This document shows positions 24,611 to 37,049 of a stretch of 64,000 bases of DNA, in pieces. The stretch lies in NCBI GenBank assembly GCA_950097015.1, contig CATNEN010000039.1, forward strand, positions 15,748,001-15,812,000, read 5' to 3'. The stretch's first letter is position 1, and each line of letters begins with the position of its first letter. The DNA is from Macrostomum hystrix. Its lineage: Eukaryota; Animalia; Platyhelminthes. The notes beneath the pieces were generated by a model. It was not told the origin of the DNA. It made no database searches and saw only the letters and a list, made by a program, of their open reading frames with translations. The position numbers and the translations under genes are program-made.

Positions 24611-27600
24611 TCAGCGCCTTCAGTCTTCGTGAAGGTGCACTTTGGCAGCGTGTCAGCGCCCGCTCTGCTCGACACCGGCGCGCAAGTTTCGTTGATGGAT
24701 AAGTCACTGTTCGACAGATTGCCGTGCAAGATCGACTGCACCGACATCGGTGCGCTGCCGACTGCTGTCGACGGATCCCGACTGCGCTGCCTAGGCCTGT
24801 CAGCAGCGGATGTTTCTATCGGCAAGACCATCCGCGTGCGCCATCGCTTCACAGTCGTGGACGGCATCCAGCCCAGCCTGATCATCGGCATGGACTTCAT
24901 CGGCGAGGTGTCGCAGGCGATGACCATCGACATTAAAGAAGGCGTCGTTAAGTTTGATAGTACAACTGTGCCTTTCAGCAGCGAGCCGGCTCGAGCAGAC
25001 TGTCGCCTGGTACCGAGTGTCCTGGTGGCGCGTGTGGCGGCAACTACGGAGCTGCCCGCCCGCAGCGAGAAGCTGGTGTGGCTCAAGGTGGATTCCAGCG
25101 GCGAGCAGGGAGTCTTTGAGCCGTCTGAGGACTTCGTGAAGTCCACCGCCATCCTGCCGGCCCGCGTGCTGGCGGTCTCAGATGGCTGCCGCATCCCGGT
25201 GAAAATGTGCAACCTGGCAGAGGAGCCCGTGCTGCTGTACGCCAACAAGGCGGTCGGCACGTTCGAAGGCGCGATGACAGACGAGGACGGTCGCCAGGAG
25301 GCGGCCCATGAGACCCCCGTCGGTTGGAACATCAACGCGGAGCTGCCCGAACGGGATGCTGCGAGGCTGCGACAGCTGCTGGAGCGCAACGAGGACCTGT
25401 TCGCAAGGCACGAGTACGACCTGGGCACGACGGCGTTGCTGCAACACCAGATCGAGCTGGTGCCCGGAGCGCGGCCACACCGGCAGGTCCAGCGCAGGCT
25501 GCCACTGTCTGTGCGAGGCCAGGTGGACAAAAAGATCGGCCAGATGCTGGACAGCGGCATCATCGAGCCGTCGACATCGCCATGGGCCAGCAACCTGCTG
25601 GTAGTCCGCAAGAAAGACGGCGACATCAGACTGTGCACGGACTGGCGGCAGCTCAACGCCTGCACCGTCAGGGACGCGTACCCGCTACCGCACCTGCAGC
25701 AGGCCATGGATGCGCTTGTCGGATGCTCCTGGTTCTCCACCATCGACTGCCGGCAGGGCTACCACCAGGTGGAGGTGGCGGAGGAGGACCGGCACAAGAC
25801 GGCCTTCTATTCGACGCGCGGCCTGATGCAATTCTGCAAGATGGGCTTCGGTATGTGCAACGCCCCGGCGACGTTCCAGCGGCTCATGGAGCTTGTGATG
25901 TCTGGCCTGTCTTGGGAGTCCGTGCTGACTTACATCGACGACATCATTGTCTTCAGCAGGACGTTCGACGACCACTTAGAGAGGCTGGCGGAAGTTTTCA
26001 AGCGGTTGCGAGACGCGGGACTCAAGCTGCACAAGGCCAAGAGCGCGTTCGGTCATCGCCGGGTGCTGTACCTGGGACACCTGATCAGCGAGCAGGGCAT
26101 CGCACCGGATCCCGGCAAGGTCGAGGCCATTCGCAGCATGCCCAGCCCAACAACGACCGAGGAGGTGAAGCGGTTCCTCGGAATGTTGGGGTTCTACCGC
26201 CGGTTCATCCCAGGCTTCAGCCAGACGGCGAGGGTCCTGCATGACGTCAGCGTGAAATCGAGGGACTTTGAGTGGAGCAGCGACTGCGAGCGAGCGTTCC
26301 ACGAGTTGAAAGATCAGCTGACGACGGCTCCGGTGCTGAGGCTGCCGGATTTCACCAAGCAGTTCGTGCTCAGCTGCGACAGCAGTCAGTTCGCCGTCGG
26401 GGCGGTGCTCAGCCAGCTGCACGGAGACGCCGAGCTGCCTGTGGCGTTCGCCTCGCGCACCCTCAACAAGGCCGAGCGCAACTACTCGGCGACCGACCGT
26501 GAGCTGCTGGCGCTGGTCTGGAGTTTGAAGCACTTCAGGACGTACCTGCTGAGTGTCCCGAACTTCAGAGTTTACTCGGATCACCGGCCACTGCAAGGTC
26601 TGCTGACAACGAAGGACCCCGAAGGTCGGCTGGCGCGATGGCTTTCGACGCTGCAGCAGTTTTCGTTCGAGCTGCTGTACCGACCTGGCAGGGACAACGT
26701 CGTGCCGGATGCGCTGAGCCGGGTGGCCGGCACGCGCCTGCAGCCTCGGTGGGACGACAGCAGCCTACACGAGGAGCAACGGCAAGACCCGCTGCTGAGC
26801 AAGGCGTTCCAAGCGCTGACCGAAGGGGTCGACAGCCTGTCCGATTCATGGGCGGCGCAGGTTCGCGAGCTGCTGGACGGGGCCTCGGTGAGCTCGGCGG
26901 GTGTCCTGCTGGTGGGTGGCCGGCCAGTCATTCCCGGTCACCTGCGGCCATATTTCCTGCAGCAGGCGCACTCGTGCGACCAGAGCGGACACCTCGGCGT
27001 CGACAGGACCGGAGCGAGGCTGTCTGAGCGCTGCTGGTGGCCTGGTCTGCGACGGGACGTCGAGAACTGGGTGGCCAGCTGCGCGGTCTGCCTGGCCAAG
27101 AAGAGTCCAACCAAGCCGCAGAAAGCGCCGCTGCAGTCGACGTGCCAGCCGACGGCTCCGTGGCAGCTGGTGCAGATCGACATCAAAGGGCCGCTTCCGC
27201 GTACGACCGATGGCAAGGCGTACATCCTGAGCATGTGCGACGCCTTCTCCAAGTGGATGGAGACGGCAGCCCTGGCGGGGATCGACGCGGTGACGGTGGC
27301 AGATGCACTGCTCAAGTCGGTAGTTCTGCGTCACGGCGCTCCTCAGGTGCTGCACAGTGACCAGGGGCGTCAATTCGAGAGCGAGGTGTTCGGCCGGCTC
27401 TGCGAGCAGCTGGGCGTCGAGAAGACGCGCACGTCGCCGTTTCATCCGAGCGGAAACGGAATCGTCGAGCGAGGCAACCGGACGCTCGGTGACATGCTGG
27501 CGACGACGGTGGCCGAGAACCAGCAGGACTGGGACAGCAAGCTGCCGTATGTGACCTGGGCCTACAATACCTCCGTGCACAGCACGACCGGCCTCAGCCC

Positions 27601-28264
27601 ATACCAGGTCCTCCACGGCTGGCCACCGAGGCTGGCTCTCGACAGTTGGCTGATAAGCGGCGACCGGCCGGCAGCCGACGGTGAACATCACGGCTTCTTG
27701 CGGCGGACTCAAGAGAACCTGCAGAGCGCCTTCGACACGGTGCACAGCCGACTGCGAAGCGCCCAGGTCGAGCGCAACCGGCTGGCCAACAGGGACTCTC
27801 GGTTCGTGCCGTTCGAAGAGGGCCAGCTAGTGATGCTGCGCAACTCTGTCATCAAGCGCGGCCAGACACGGTGCCTCAGCGCCAAGTGGAAGGGGCCGTA
27901 CCGAGTCCTGAGGCGCCTGGGTGAGGTCAATTACCGCATCCAGGACGAGGCTGGCCGCAGGCGCCGGCTGGTGGTGCACCACGACCGCCTCAAGCGCTTC
28001 GTGCAGCGGCGGGCGTCACTGGAGCTTCCAGCCGCTGCAGACCGTCGACCGCCGGCCGCCGACGCCGACAACGACGGCACCGCCGCAGAGCCGCCCGGGC
28101 AAGCGGCCGATCCTGGCGGCGATGCGGTGGCCTTCTGGCCCGAGCTGCAGGCAGACGAGGTACACGAGGAGCCGCCGGCGGCACCGGCCGAGCCGGTCAT
28201 TGTTCCGCGGCGATCGGCTAGAGAGCGGCGGCCACCGGATTTGTACATGGCGGGCTTTGCTTGA
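24548..28264 (+). CDS. pol: Gypsy Pol (protease-RT-RNase H-integrase), expressed by -1 frameshift
   Basis: Uninterrupted ORF with LLDTGA, YIDD, CDSS..AVGAVL, HHCC, DIKGP, SDQG, GNGIVER, KWKGPY; lies in the -1 frame relative to gag. Confidence 0.93.
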   Translation, partial: GKLLRVGSLGPAPTRSKGALRSAPSVFVKVHFGSVSAPALLDTGAQVSLMDKSLFDRLPCKIDCTDIGALPTAVDGSRLRCLGLSAADVSIGKTIRVRHRFTVVDGIQPSLIIGMDFIGEVSQAMTIDIKEGVVKFDSTTVPFSSEPARADCRLVPSVLVARVAATTELPARSEKLVWLKVDSSGEQGVFEPSEDFVKSTAILPARVLAVSDGCRIPVKMCNLAEEPVLLYANKAVGTFEGAMTDEDGRQEAAHETPVGWNINAELPERDAARLRQLLERNEDLFARHEYDLGTTALLQHQIELVPGARPHRQVQRRLPLSVRGQVDKKIGQMLDSGIIEPSTSPWASNLLVVRKKDGDIRLCTDWRQLNACTVRDAYPLPHLQQAMDALVGCSWFSTIDCRQGYHQVEVAEEDRHKTAFYSTRGLMQFCKMGFGMCNAPATFQRLMELVMSGLSWESVLTYIDDIIVFSRTFDDHLERLAEVFKRLRDAGLKLHKAKSAFGHRRVLYLGHLISEQGIAPDPGKVEAIRSMPSPTTTEEVKRFLGMLGFYRRFIPGFSQTARVLHDVSVKSRDFEWSSDCERAFHELKDQLTTAPVLRLPDFTKQFVLSCDSSQFAVGAVLSQLHGDAELPVAFASRTLNKAERNYSATDRELLALVWSLKHFRTYLLSVPNFRVYSDHRPLQGLLTTKDPEGRLARWLSTLQQFSFELLYRPGRDNVVPDALSRVAGTRLQPRWDDSSLHEEQRQDPLLSKAFQALTEGVDSLSDSWAAQVRELLDGASVSSAGVLLVGGRPVIPGHLRPYFLQQAHSCDQSGHLGVDRTGARLSERCWWPGLRRDVENWVASCAVCLAKKSPTKPQKAPLQSTCQPTAPWQLVQIDIKGPLPRTTDGKAYILSMCDAFSKWMETAALAGIDAVTVADALLKSVVLRHGAPQVLHSDQGRQFESEVFGRLCEQLGVEKTRTSPFHPSGNGIVERGNRTLGDMLATTVAENQQDWDSKLPYVTWAYNTSVHSTTGLSPYQVLHGWPPRLALDSWLISGDRPAADGEHHGFLRRTQENLQSAFDTVHSRLRSAQVERNRLANRDSRFVPFEEGQLVMLRNSVIKRGQTRCLSAKWKGPYRVLRRLGEVNYRIQDEAGRRRRLVVHHDRLKRFVQRRASLELPAAADRRPPAADADNDGTAAEPPGQAADPGGDAVAFWPELQADEVHEEPPAAPAEPVIVPRRSARERRPPDLYMAGFA

Positions 28265-28812
28265 CTTGGGACTGTCTTTTGCTTCTAGGGGGAAAGTAGT
28301 GTAGTCTGGCTTGTTGGTGCGCGTGCACTTAGATGTGCACGCGCGGCTTGTTTGGGGTGGGGGGTTTAGCGCTGCAGCGTGCGTTCGCTTAGGGTGGTTG
28401 CACCCACCCCAACTTTGCCGTTAAATATATTGGCGTGAGCCAGTGAGGGCTCCTGGCGTGTTTGTTATGTTCTACAACTTAACCCACGGTCTTACACACT
28501 GATTTGTAGCTCATTTGCATGTATATTTACTGTTGTCACATGTCACTAATTGAACTTGATAGTAGTATCATATTCTAGTTTCAAATTCTTTCGATCTCTT
28601 AACCATATAGTGCAGGTTAATTGTTCATTTCATGGGTTTTTGTGTCTAGTAAAACAGAACATGACACAGTGAATTTTTATCTATGCGAGACCTCAACCTG
28701 TTTGCTTATTGATTTCTGTTTTGAACGACGGTAGCTTTGATGAACAAATCAAAGTATCTATTAACTTTTGCAATCTGCCAGTCGTTTTCATCAATAAAAC
28801 TAGGCCAAATAT

Positions 28813-31132
28813 TGAAATGGGTGGGTCTTTTGCAAGCGCTGACCTGCACTCCTGGGAGACAATTCCTGGCGGGCGACAGAGTCGACTTAAATGACCGCTT
28901 AGCTACACACGAGATTTCGCGGAGAGAGAGAGGAGATGAAGGGAGGTTCAGCGGATGCAGGGAGTGGTCCTATCGGCCTCAGGCTGGCCAGTCCCACTCG
29001 TCCCATAGGCCACAGGCGTGACAGCCGTGCCTACCCCAAGCAGTGCTCGAAACCGGCTAAAAGTTCTAAGGAGAGGTGTCGGACTGCCCGGAATCGGACA
29101 GGACAGGGCTAACTAGTCTACTGCCGTCAGTAGTGCGTGCGCAACTGACTCCTAACCTTGGTAGCGGTGGTCGAATCGGCCTAGGCCCCTGTCACAGAAC
29201 TGCGGAAAGGCTATCGGCAAAGCGGATAGTTGATCGAGGGTAGCGCCACCACCCAATGCGCCTACGTTGCCACCGCAGACATTTGGGAACTTGGGTCCCC
29301 GGAGTACACAGCTCCTAGTTTATCACGCAGATCTAGACAAGCCGAAAAATAGGGCATTCTGCAACTTCCGTTTTAGACTGGGGGAAGAACCCCAGAATGG
29401 ATCGAGACACGCCTCAAAAGGGGATTCCTGAATTCGCGCTACAGGGGTCTAGAAAGGTGGTACTCAGAACTCGAATGAGAATCCATAGCCGGAATCCTAC
29501 TCATGAAACATCAGACACATTCTTTACATTAGACTGCAGCCTACACATTAAGTAACCAACAAATCCGAATCTGTGCGAGTTGAGGAGATCAGAGGCTGGA
29601 GAGATTAAGCAGAACAACTGGCTGAGTGATTATGCAAGCGAAAGATTATTAGATCATCACTCTCGCTCCCGTGGCCGCAGTTGCGAGAGGGGGATGGGGG
29701 AAAACTCCATTGGAAAGGGAGTTCGCCACGTACACCTTGAACCCGCCCGAGAGGAAGAAGGAAAGCCGGCCACGGATTCCCCCGACCTCTTGGGAAGAAA
29801 TGCACGTCCTACACTCCGCATTTTACTAGCGAATCCCTAGCTCCATATTACTCTTATGCGCGCGTACAGTTGTCTTCCTGCCGCAGCCTTCGGCTCGGCA
29901 TCACCAGAGCCCACCCCTTAGGAGATTAGCCACTCATGATCGAGGGCTGTCTAGCGATAAAATAAAGGTGGAAGAGAGGCATAGTAAAAGGATTAAGTTG
30001 TTTTTAAAAGTAGCCCAATAAGTTAATAGTGCTGTGAATCAATAGTTTATTAGGCTGAAACAATTCCCTAGATCCCCTCCCACTAAATGCCGCCTGACTA
30101 GAAGTAAAACTGTCCCTTGAGAGTGACAATAATAAGCCGCTGCGCGGATTACTTATCTGGATCTCGCTTGGCCGCGTGCTGCAGTCCCGTTGTTCTCGGG
30201 GAAGAGATAGAGCAAAGTAGCAAAGACAGAGAGGGGATGAATGCCGCGAGTTGGCAGGGGCCAACACTCTGGGAGCTCAAAGGCTCAATTCAACGCTCAC
30301 CTAAAGAGGTGGCTTGCGCTTATGGGGATTGGGGACAGGCAATGGGCCTGTGCTAGCTAAGCGGAGCTCAAGGCTCAAGGGTCTAAGCCCTACGTGGGCA
30401 CGGAGAATGAGGCCTGGGTCCGGTGGGAGTCCGGCCCGGCAAAGGCAAGTGGGAAGGTAGGTCCGGGAAAAGGTCGAGGTCCTCCATGGAGCAGCGCAGC
30501 GCGCTTTCTTAAATAGTCCTGCAGCACGCCAACCCCGACATCCATCAAAGCAACCCACATTCGCGCCAGCCTGTCAACGGGGAATCGAAGCGGCGATGGC
30601 CGCCCCGATTACCCAATGAACCGACGGCGGGAAACGACAGATGTTCTGCGCGAACAGCCATCGGCAGTCGGCCAATGATTGTTACTCCGCCGGGACAATG
30701 GGAAGCGCAGGCGCCGACCTGCCTACAGTGACATTTACATGTATCTAAAAGGAGGGAGGTCATAAAGTCGAGCTGGGCTCGAATACTGTAAAGAAGTGGG
30801 GACATGAAGAATTAATGATCACTCATAATGCCCGAGTGATTCCCGATATCTGATCGCGGTTTGGAGGAGAATGACCTAAACTAGTTTGACCTAAACTACT
30901 CATACAATAAAAGCTATGGCCGCGATCAGTCATTCCTACAGGGGTCTAGACAGATCCAGGGAAAAGGGATTCGACGGCTACTTAATTCACCGCCGCCCAA
31001 AACCCGGCCCTAAGATTAATGATCTTGTTTGCGGCCAGCTGCTATGTGGGTCGCAATTATTAGATACTTAAAAATTTGAAAAATTCTGCTGGCTCACATT
31101 CCCACTCGACTCCCGCAGCACACTCCACATCA
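28813..31132. mobile_element. Solo LTR (~2.32 kb), same family as 9404-11748, inverted, TSD ATAT
   Basis: TG..CA ends, ATAT at 28809-28812 and 31133-31136; reverse-complement homology along its whole length. Confidence 0.85.
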
Positions 31133-31489
31133 ATATTAACAAAAATCGAGTGCTACCATTACATATTGAATTCGCGCTGTTTTTCTTTGTTTTTTACTCG
31201 TCATTTTAAACTTCTTGATTTTAACTTTTTTATAAATTCCATTTAGTTTAGTGTGGTTTTCCTTGCATACAAAGCCAAATAGGTTGACAAATAAATTGAT
31301 TTAACGCTTCACGCGTTGGTCCATTCTGCTTTCCAAAAGACTTTCTGTTTTTTACTTCTCTGGAAAGCCTTAGTTAATTTCTCAGCGTTAGTGTTCTAAG
31401 ATTACGTTACTCTTTTAAGAAAATTTGTTTTTTATTTCACCATTAGTTCTGTTTCCGTTACCTTATCGTTTGTGTTTAGAGATTTCCGA

Positions 31490-32008
31490 AAGTTTCTATG
31501 AGATTTCCGAGAGTTTCTATGAGATTTCCGAGAGTTTCTATGAGGTTTCAGCGAGTCTCTTTGAGATTTCTGTAATTCTCTAAGAGATTTCCTTGAGTCT
31601 CTATGAGATTTATGCGAGTCTCTACGAGATTTCCTTGAGTCTCTATGAGATTTATGCGAGTCTCTACGAGATTTCCGAGAGTCTCTATGAGATTTATGCG
31701 AGTCTCTATGAGATTTCATTGAGTCTCTATGAGATTTATGCGAGTCTCTACGAGATTTCCTTGAGTCTCTATGAGATTTATGCGAGTCTCTACGAGATTT
31801 CCGAGAGTCTCTATGAGATTTATGCGAGTCTCTACGAGATTTCCGTGAGTCTCTATGAGATTTATGCGAGTCTCTACGAGATTTCCGTGAGTCTCTGTGA
31901 GATTTATGCGAGTCTCTACGAGATTTCCTTGAGTCTCTATGAGATTTATGCGAGTCTCTACGAGATTTCCGAGAGTCTCTATGAGATTTATGCGAGTCTC
32001 TACGAGAT
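31490..32008. repeat. 21/42-bp minisatellite, open on the minus strand as (SRRDSHKSHRDSRK)n
   Basis: 42-bp higher-order unit CTATGAGATTTATGCGAGTCTCTACGAGATTTCCTTGAGTCT made of two 21-mers. Confidence 0.95.
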
Positions 32009-32588
32009 TCTATTTGTAAATGGCTAAAGCTATTCATAAAAAGTTTTCAACGCACATTATTCTGTTTTAAAAATGGCTCTATTGTAGTTTAAATATGTTA
32101 GATTCAATTTTAATAGAGTCTTTATGTGTTTCTCTTTAGTAATAAATGAATGACTTCAGTCAAGTTACCGATGCGAGTTCCTAAGTTCCTACTTATAGTA
32201 CGGAGGCTTGTAAGATTAGTTAGATTAGATAAATTAGATCTAACTAATATAAATTAGAAACTAAATTGATTGCATTGTGAAACATCATGCTAAGCTTTCC
32301 ATATTTGGTTTAACCCAGTGCTGTCATCTAGTGCTGTCATCTGTCTGTTCGAGGTTACTTTTGTTACTAGGATTACCGATGAACTTAGATTAGTTTGACT
32401 ATCAGCCAGTTTTATAGTATATCGTTCTTAATGATCCTTATGTTTTTACCAACTTCTACCAATATTTGAATATACTAATTATAATATCCTTAATAAAGCA
32501 ATCCACGTTTGAGATCGCGATCGCGAAAGCGTTTATTTAAACAAAGTTTCTAATGCATTCGCTTGAGAGTCACTCAGTTTATTTCCGT

Positions 32589-32865
32589 GTGCTGTGCACT
32601 GTTAAGTGCTGTGCACTGTTAAGTGCTGTGCACTGTTAAGTGCTGTGCACTGTTAAGTGCTGTGCACTGTTAAGTGCTGTGCACTGTTAAGTGCTGTGCA
32701 CTGTTAAGTGCTGTGCACTGTTAAGTGCTGTGCACTGTTAAGTGCTGTGCACTGTTAAGTGCTGTGCACTGTTAAGTGCTGTGCACTGTTAAGTGCTGTG
32801 CACTGTTAAGTGCTGTGCACTGTTAAGTGCTGTGCACTGTTAAGTGCTGTGCATTGTTAAGTGCT
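32589..32865. repeat. 17-bp minisatellite (GTGCTGTGCACTGTTAA)n
   Basis: About 16 near-perfect units. Confidence 0.97.
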
Positions 32866-34855
32866 CTGCATGGCTGGAACTCAACTTCAACAACAAAAAG
32901 CTGTTGCCCTGAAAATATATTTGCCCTAGTCTAAAGCTCGTTTGACAAGCTGATTTTGATTGTTACCACAGATAATATATATAACAATTATATATCACAG
33001 TTATATATTATCTGTGATTCTTACTCGAAATTTTCCTTCGACGACGAACGAGCCAAGGATTACTTTACGACGCCACGCGAATTCTTCTAGTATAATTTTA
33101 ACTTAATGACGCTTAAAAATGTCAGCCCTAATAAACAGGTTTAAAAAAGTTTCATATTTAAACCAGAGCGGCGTTTCCAAGGCCAAACCTGGGTTGAAGC
33201 GCGGTAAATCCCCGGCTTTGAAGTTTTCTATTTTTAAAGTCTATAGCACTCACTTCTGCTAGCAATGTGCGAGTACAAGAGTGCACATGTGTGCAGCGGA
33301 AAAGCGCCTTGCACACTTGAAAGTTCGCTTTCGAAAGAGAAAAGTGTTTTTAAAATTCTTTTTTGTAAGGTTGCGTCCAAAGCTCTACTTTAAAAGGTCG
33401 AGTCTCGAGGTGTAAAAATAAAAATGGTGGAATTTTTAGTGGATAATATTATCTCGTACATCAATATTAAAGATTCGCTGCTGTAAGCAGCTCTTAATTG
33501 TACATTTCCTTAAGTGTTTCCTTATTTGGGTGTCATTGTCAAGTAGAGATTATCTGGCTGAGACTATCAACGAGAGATTGCCAAGAAGAGATTATTAAGT
33601 AGAGATTTTCGGCATGATCTGAGTAAGATACGATAGACAAATAGTACAAATCGATAGAACTACATGCCTACTAAAGTAGTACAGTGCTTATAGTAGTACC
33701 AAGCCATTTTGCCGCCCGTTGATGATGCACGCACATTCGGGTGACATGCAGATGAGTTTTGAAGGCCTGGTAAGGCCGCACCGAGGCGCAGTGCCAATTT
33801 GTGTAAAGGGGTGTATGAAATACACCTTCGGCCAGAAACATTGAACATCTCGACGGTCTAAAGAGCTGGTGACTTGATTATTGTTTCAGAAGATGCGCAA
33901 CAAAAAGTTGGCCCGTGTTTTGTGATTCTGGAAGTTGTTTCATCGGATAGAGCGGAAACTTTTAGCGCTCAATTACATCGTCGGCGGTGAAGCTCCCCCA
34001 TTTCAACTAGTCAGATTTGTGCCTTTTTTTGGGATAAACACAGAAAAAAGTAGTTTAGTTTTGACTCGTAGTAGCTTCTTTTTCTCTTTTCTCTCTCCTT
34101 GACTTTTACCATAGACATGAGAAGGGATACTCCACCGGAGATTAACACGTTTTTTTCTATTTAACTGCATTTAAATATTCTGGGAACCACGCTCAGATAC
34201 AGTTCAACTACAAGCAATGCAATGTGAAATACAGTTCTCAACAACACATATTGACCAAAAAATTAAACTTCAGAAACGGGCAGAAATTAAACTCATAGTT
34301 GGTAACGGACTATGAGTAATAAATTCTAATTTTGAATGTTACCCTTTCTCTACTAAGCTAAATAGATTTTCCCTTGTCCGTGCCGTGGTTTTTCCGCGGC
34401 ACGGACATTGGAAGAACCAAAACCAATGACCATAGTCACTGATGAGGGGATAGTATTCACATGTACCTTAGTAGCATTAAGCTGAGTTGATCAAACGTAA
34501 GTTACTTGTGTAATTTTGCCCCAATGGGGCTCTTGGTGTACAGACCGGATGTCTCAGAATGTATTCAAGATCAGACTGACTATTTTTGTATTTAGTGAGA
34601 ATTCAAATTCTCTTTGATTCGCAATCACGTATATTCACAATCAGGGAGATAATTACTGACGAAATGAGTCTTCGTTTTTGTTTGCTTCCAGGTGTGTTTT
34701 GTCCCTATGCATTGCACAAGATTTTTTGTCTGAACAGCAGTGCCCCCCAAGGGGGCTTAGTGTGCCAGTATCCATCCAATATACTAAAATTCAAAACTAT
34801 ATTTCTATCTATCTAGCTCGTATATATCTCGTATATATATAGGAACCTTGGCTAA

Positions 34856-36360
34856 ATCATGGCTAAACCCGAGTTTGAATCATGGCTAAACCGGAGTTTG
34901 AATCATGGCTAAACCCGAGTTTGAATCATGGCAAAACCCGAGTTTGAATCATGGCAAAACCCGAGTTTGAATCATGGCAAAACCCGAGTTTCAATTATGG
35001 CTAAACCCGAGTTTGAATCATGGAAAAACCTGAGTTTGAATCATGGCTAAACCAGAGTTTGAATCATGGCTAAACCCGAGTTTGAATCATGGCTAAACCC
35101 GAGTTTCAATTATGGCAAAACCCGAGTTTCAATCATGGCTAAAACCGAGTTTGAATCATGGCTAAAACCGAGTTTGAATCATGGCAAAACCAGAGTTTGA
35201 ATCATGGCTAAACCAGAGTGTGAATCATGGAAAAACCAGAGTTTGAATCATGGCTAAACCAGAGTTTGAATCATGGCTAAACCAGAGTGTGAATCATGGA
35301 AAAACCAGAGTTTGAATCATGGCTAAACCAGAGTTTGAATCATGGAAAAACCTGAGTTTGAATCATGGCTAAACCAGAGTTTGAATCATGGCTAAACCCG
35401 AGTTTGAATCATGGCTAAACCCGAGTTTCAATTATGGCAAAACCCGAGTTTCAATCATGGCTAAACCTGAGTGTGAATCATGGCTAAACCCGAGTTTGAA
35501 TCATAGCTAAACCCGAGTTTCAATCATGGCTAAACCCAAGTTTGAATCATGGCTAAAACCGAGTTTCAATCATGGCAAAACCCGAGTTTGAATCATGGCA
35601 AAAACCGAGTTTCAATCATGGCAAAACCCAAGTTTCAATCATGGCAAAACAAGAATTTGAATCATGGCTAAACCAGAGTTTGAATCATGGCTAAACCAGA
35701 GTGTGAATCATGGCAAAACCCGAGTTTGAATCATGGCTAAACCCGAGTTTCAATCATGGCTAAACCAGAGTGTGAATCATGGCAAAACCCGAGTTTGAAT
35801 CATGGCTAAACCCGAGTTTCAATCATGGCTAAACCAGAGTGTGAATCATGGCTAAACCCGAGTTTCAATCATGGCTAAACCAGAGTGTGAATCATGGCTA
35901 AACCCGAGTTTCAATCATGGCTAAACCAGAGTGTGAATCATGGCAAAACCCGAGTTTCAATCATGGCTAAACCCGAGTTTGAATCATAGCTAAACCCGAG
36001 TTTCAATCATGGCTAAACCAGAGTTTGAATCATGACAAAACCAGAGTTTCAATCATGACAAAACCCGAGTTTGAATCATCGCAAACCCGAGTTTCAATCA
36101 TGGCTAAACCAGAGTGTGAATCATGGCAAAACCCGAGTTTGAATCATGGCTAAACCCGAGTTTGAATCATGGCTAAACCCGAGTTTGAATCATGGCTAAA
36201 CCAGAGTTTGAATCATGGCAAAACCCGAGTTTCAATTATGGCAAAACCCGAGTTTCAATCATGGCTAAAACCGAGTTTGAATCATGGCAAAACCAGAGTT
36301 TAAATCTTGGCAAAACCAGAGTTTCAATCATAGCTAAACCTGCGTTTGAATCATAGCCAA
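34856..36360. repeat. 23-bp minisatellite (AATCATGGCTAAACCCGAGTTTG)n
   Basis: About 65 variant units head-to-tail. Confidence 0.97.
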
Positions 36361-36515
36361 CCAGAATTTAAATCAATTTTTCTTTTGTCATTGATCTGAA
36401 TTGTCTACATTTTGATTTTGTTATCTTATAACGTCATAGTGATATTTGTTTGAATGATAGTAATTTTGCCTCATTAATTCAAATGTATGCTTTGTATTCA
36501 AAAGCAGCTGGAGAA

Positions 36516-37049
36516 CATTGTCAACTGGGGATCATCATAAATGGGGGTCATCATCAACTGGGGGATCATTGTCAACTGGGGGATCATTGTCAACTGGGGG
36601 ATCATTGTCAACTGGGGATCATCATCAATTTGAAGTCATCATCAAATTGGGGATAATTGTAGCTTTAAAAAGCTGAAAATGCTGCTGCTAAAAATTGAAC
36701 CGAGGAACATTGTCAACTGGGGATCATCATCAATGGGGAGTCATCATCAAATTGGGGATCATTGTCAACTGGGGGATCATTGTCAACTGGGGGTTCATGG
36801 TCAACTGGGGGATCATTGTCAACTGGGGGATCATTGTCAACTAAGGGATCATTGTCAACTGGGGGATCATTGTCAACTGGGGGATCATTGTCAACTGGGG
36901 GTTCATGGTCAACTGGGGGATCATTGTCAACTGGGGATCATTGTCAACTGGGGGATCATTGTCAACTAAGGGATCATTGTCAACTGGGGGTTCATGGTCA
37001 ACTGGGGATCATTTTCAACTGGGGGATCATTTTCAACTGGGGGATCATT
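36516..37049. repeat. 18-bp minisatellite (GGGGGATCATTGTCAACT)n in two blocks
   Basis: Tandem units; both blocks end in AGCTT..AAAA.CTGAAAAT.C.GCTGCTAAAA. Confidence 0.95.

Larger units (their letters stand above)
23549..28496 (+). mobile_element. Intact full-length Ty3/Gypsy LTR retrotransposon
   Basis: 197-bp LTRs at 23549-23745 and 28300-28496 with no differences seen; 4-bp TSD CACT; PBS TGGTGGCAGCGGT at 23747 (complementary to a tRNA-Leu 3' end); PPT AGGGGGAAAG. Confidence 0.97.

Noticed and set aside
24451-28304. Long overlapping ORFs on other frames and strands within the Gypsy pol
   Set aside because: Expected shadow ORFs of GC-rich coding sequence; no motifs.
33860-34030. Faint resemblance to a Bel/Pao integrase C-terminus (GDLIIVSED)
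   Set aside because: Too short and degenerate to support.
12282-37049. Short tandem arrays as possible CRISPR arrays
   Set aside because: Units are head-to-tail with no unique spacers, there are no cas genes, and the context is eukaryotic.
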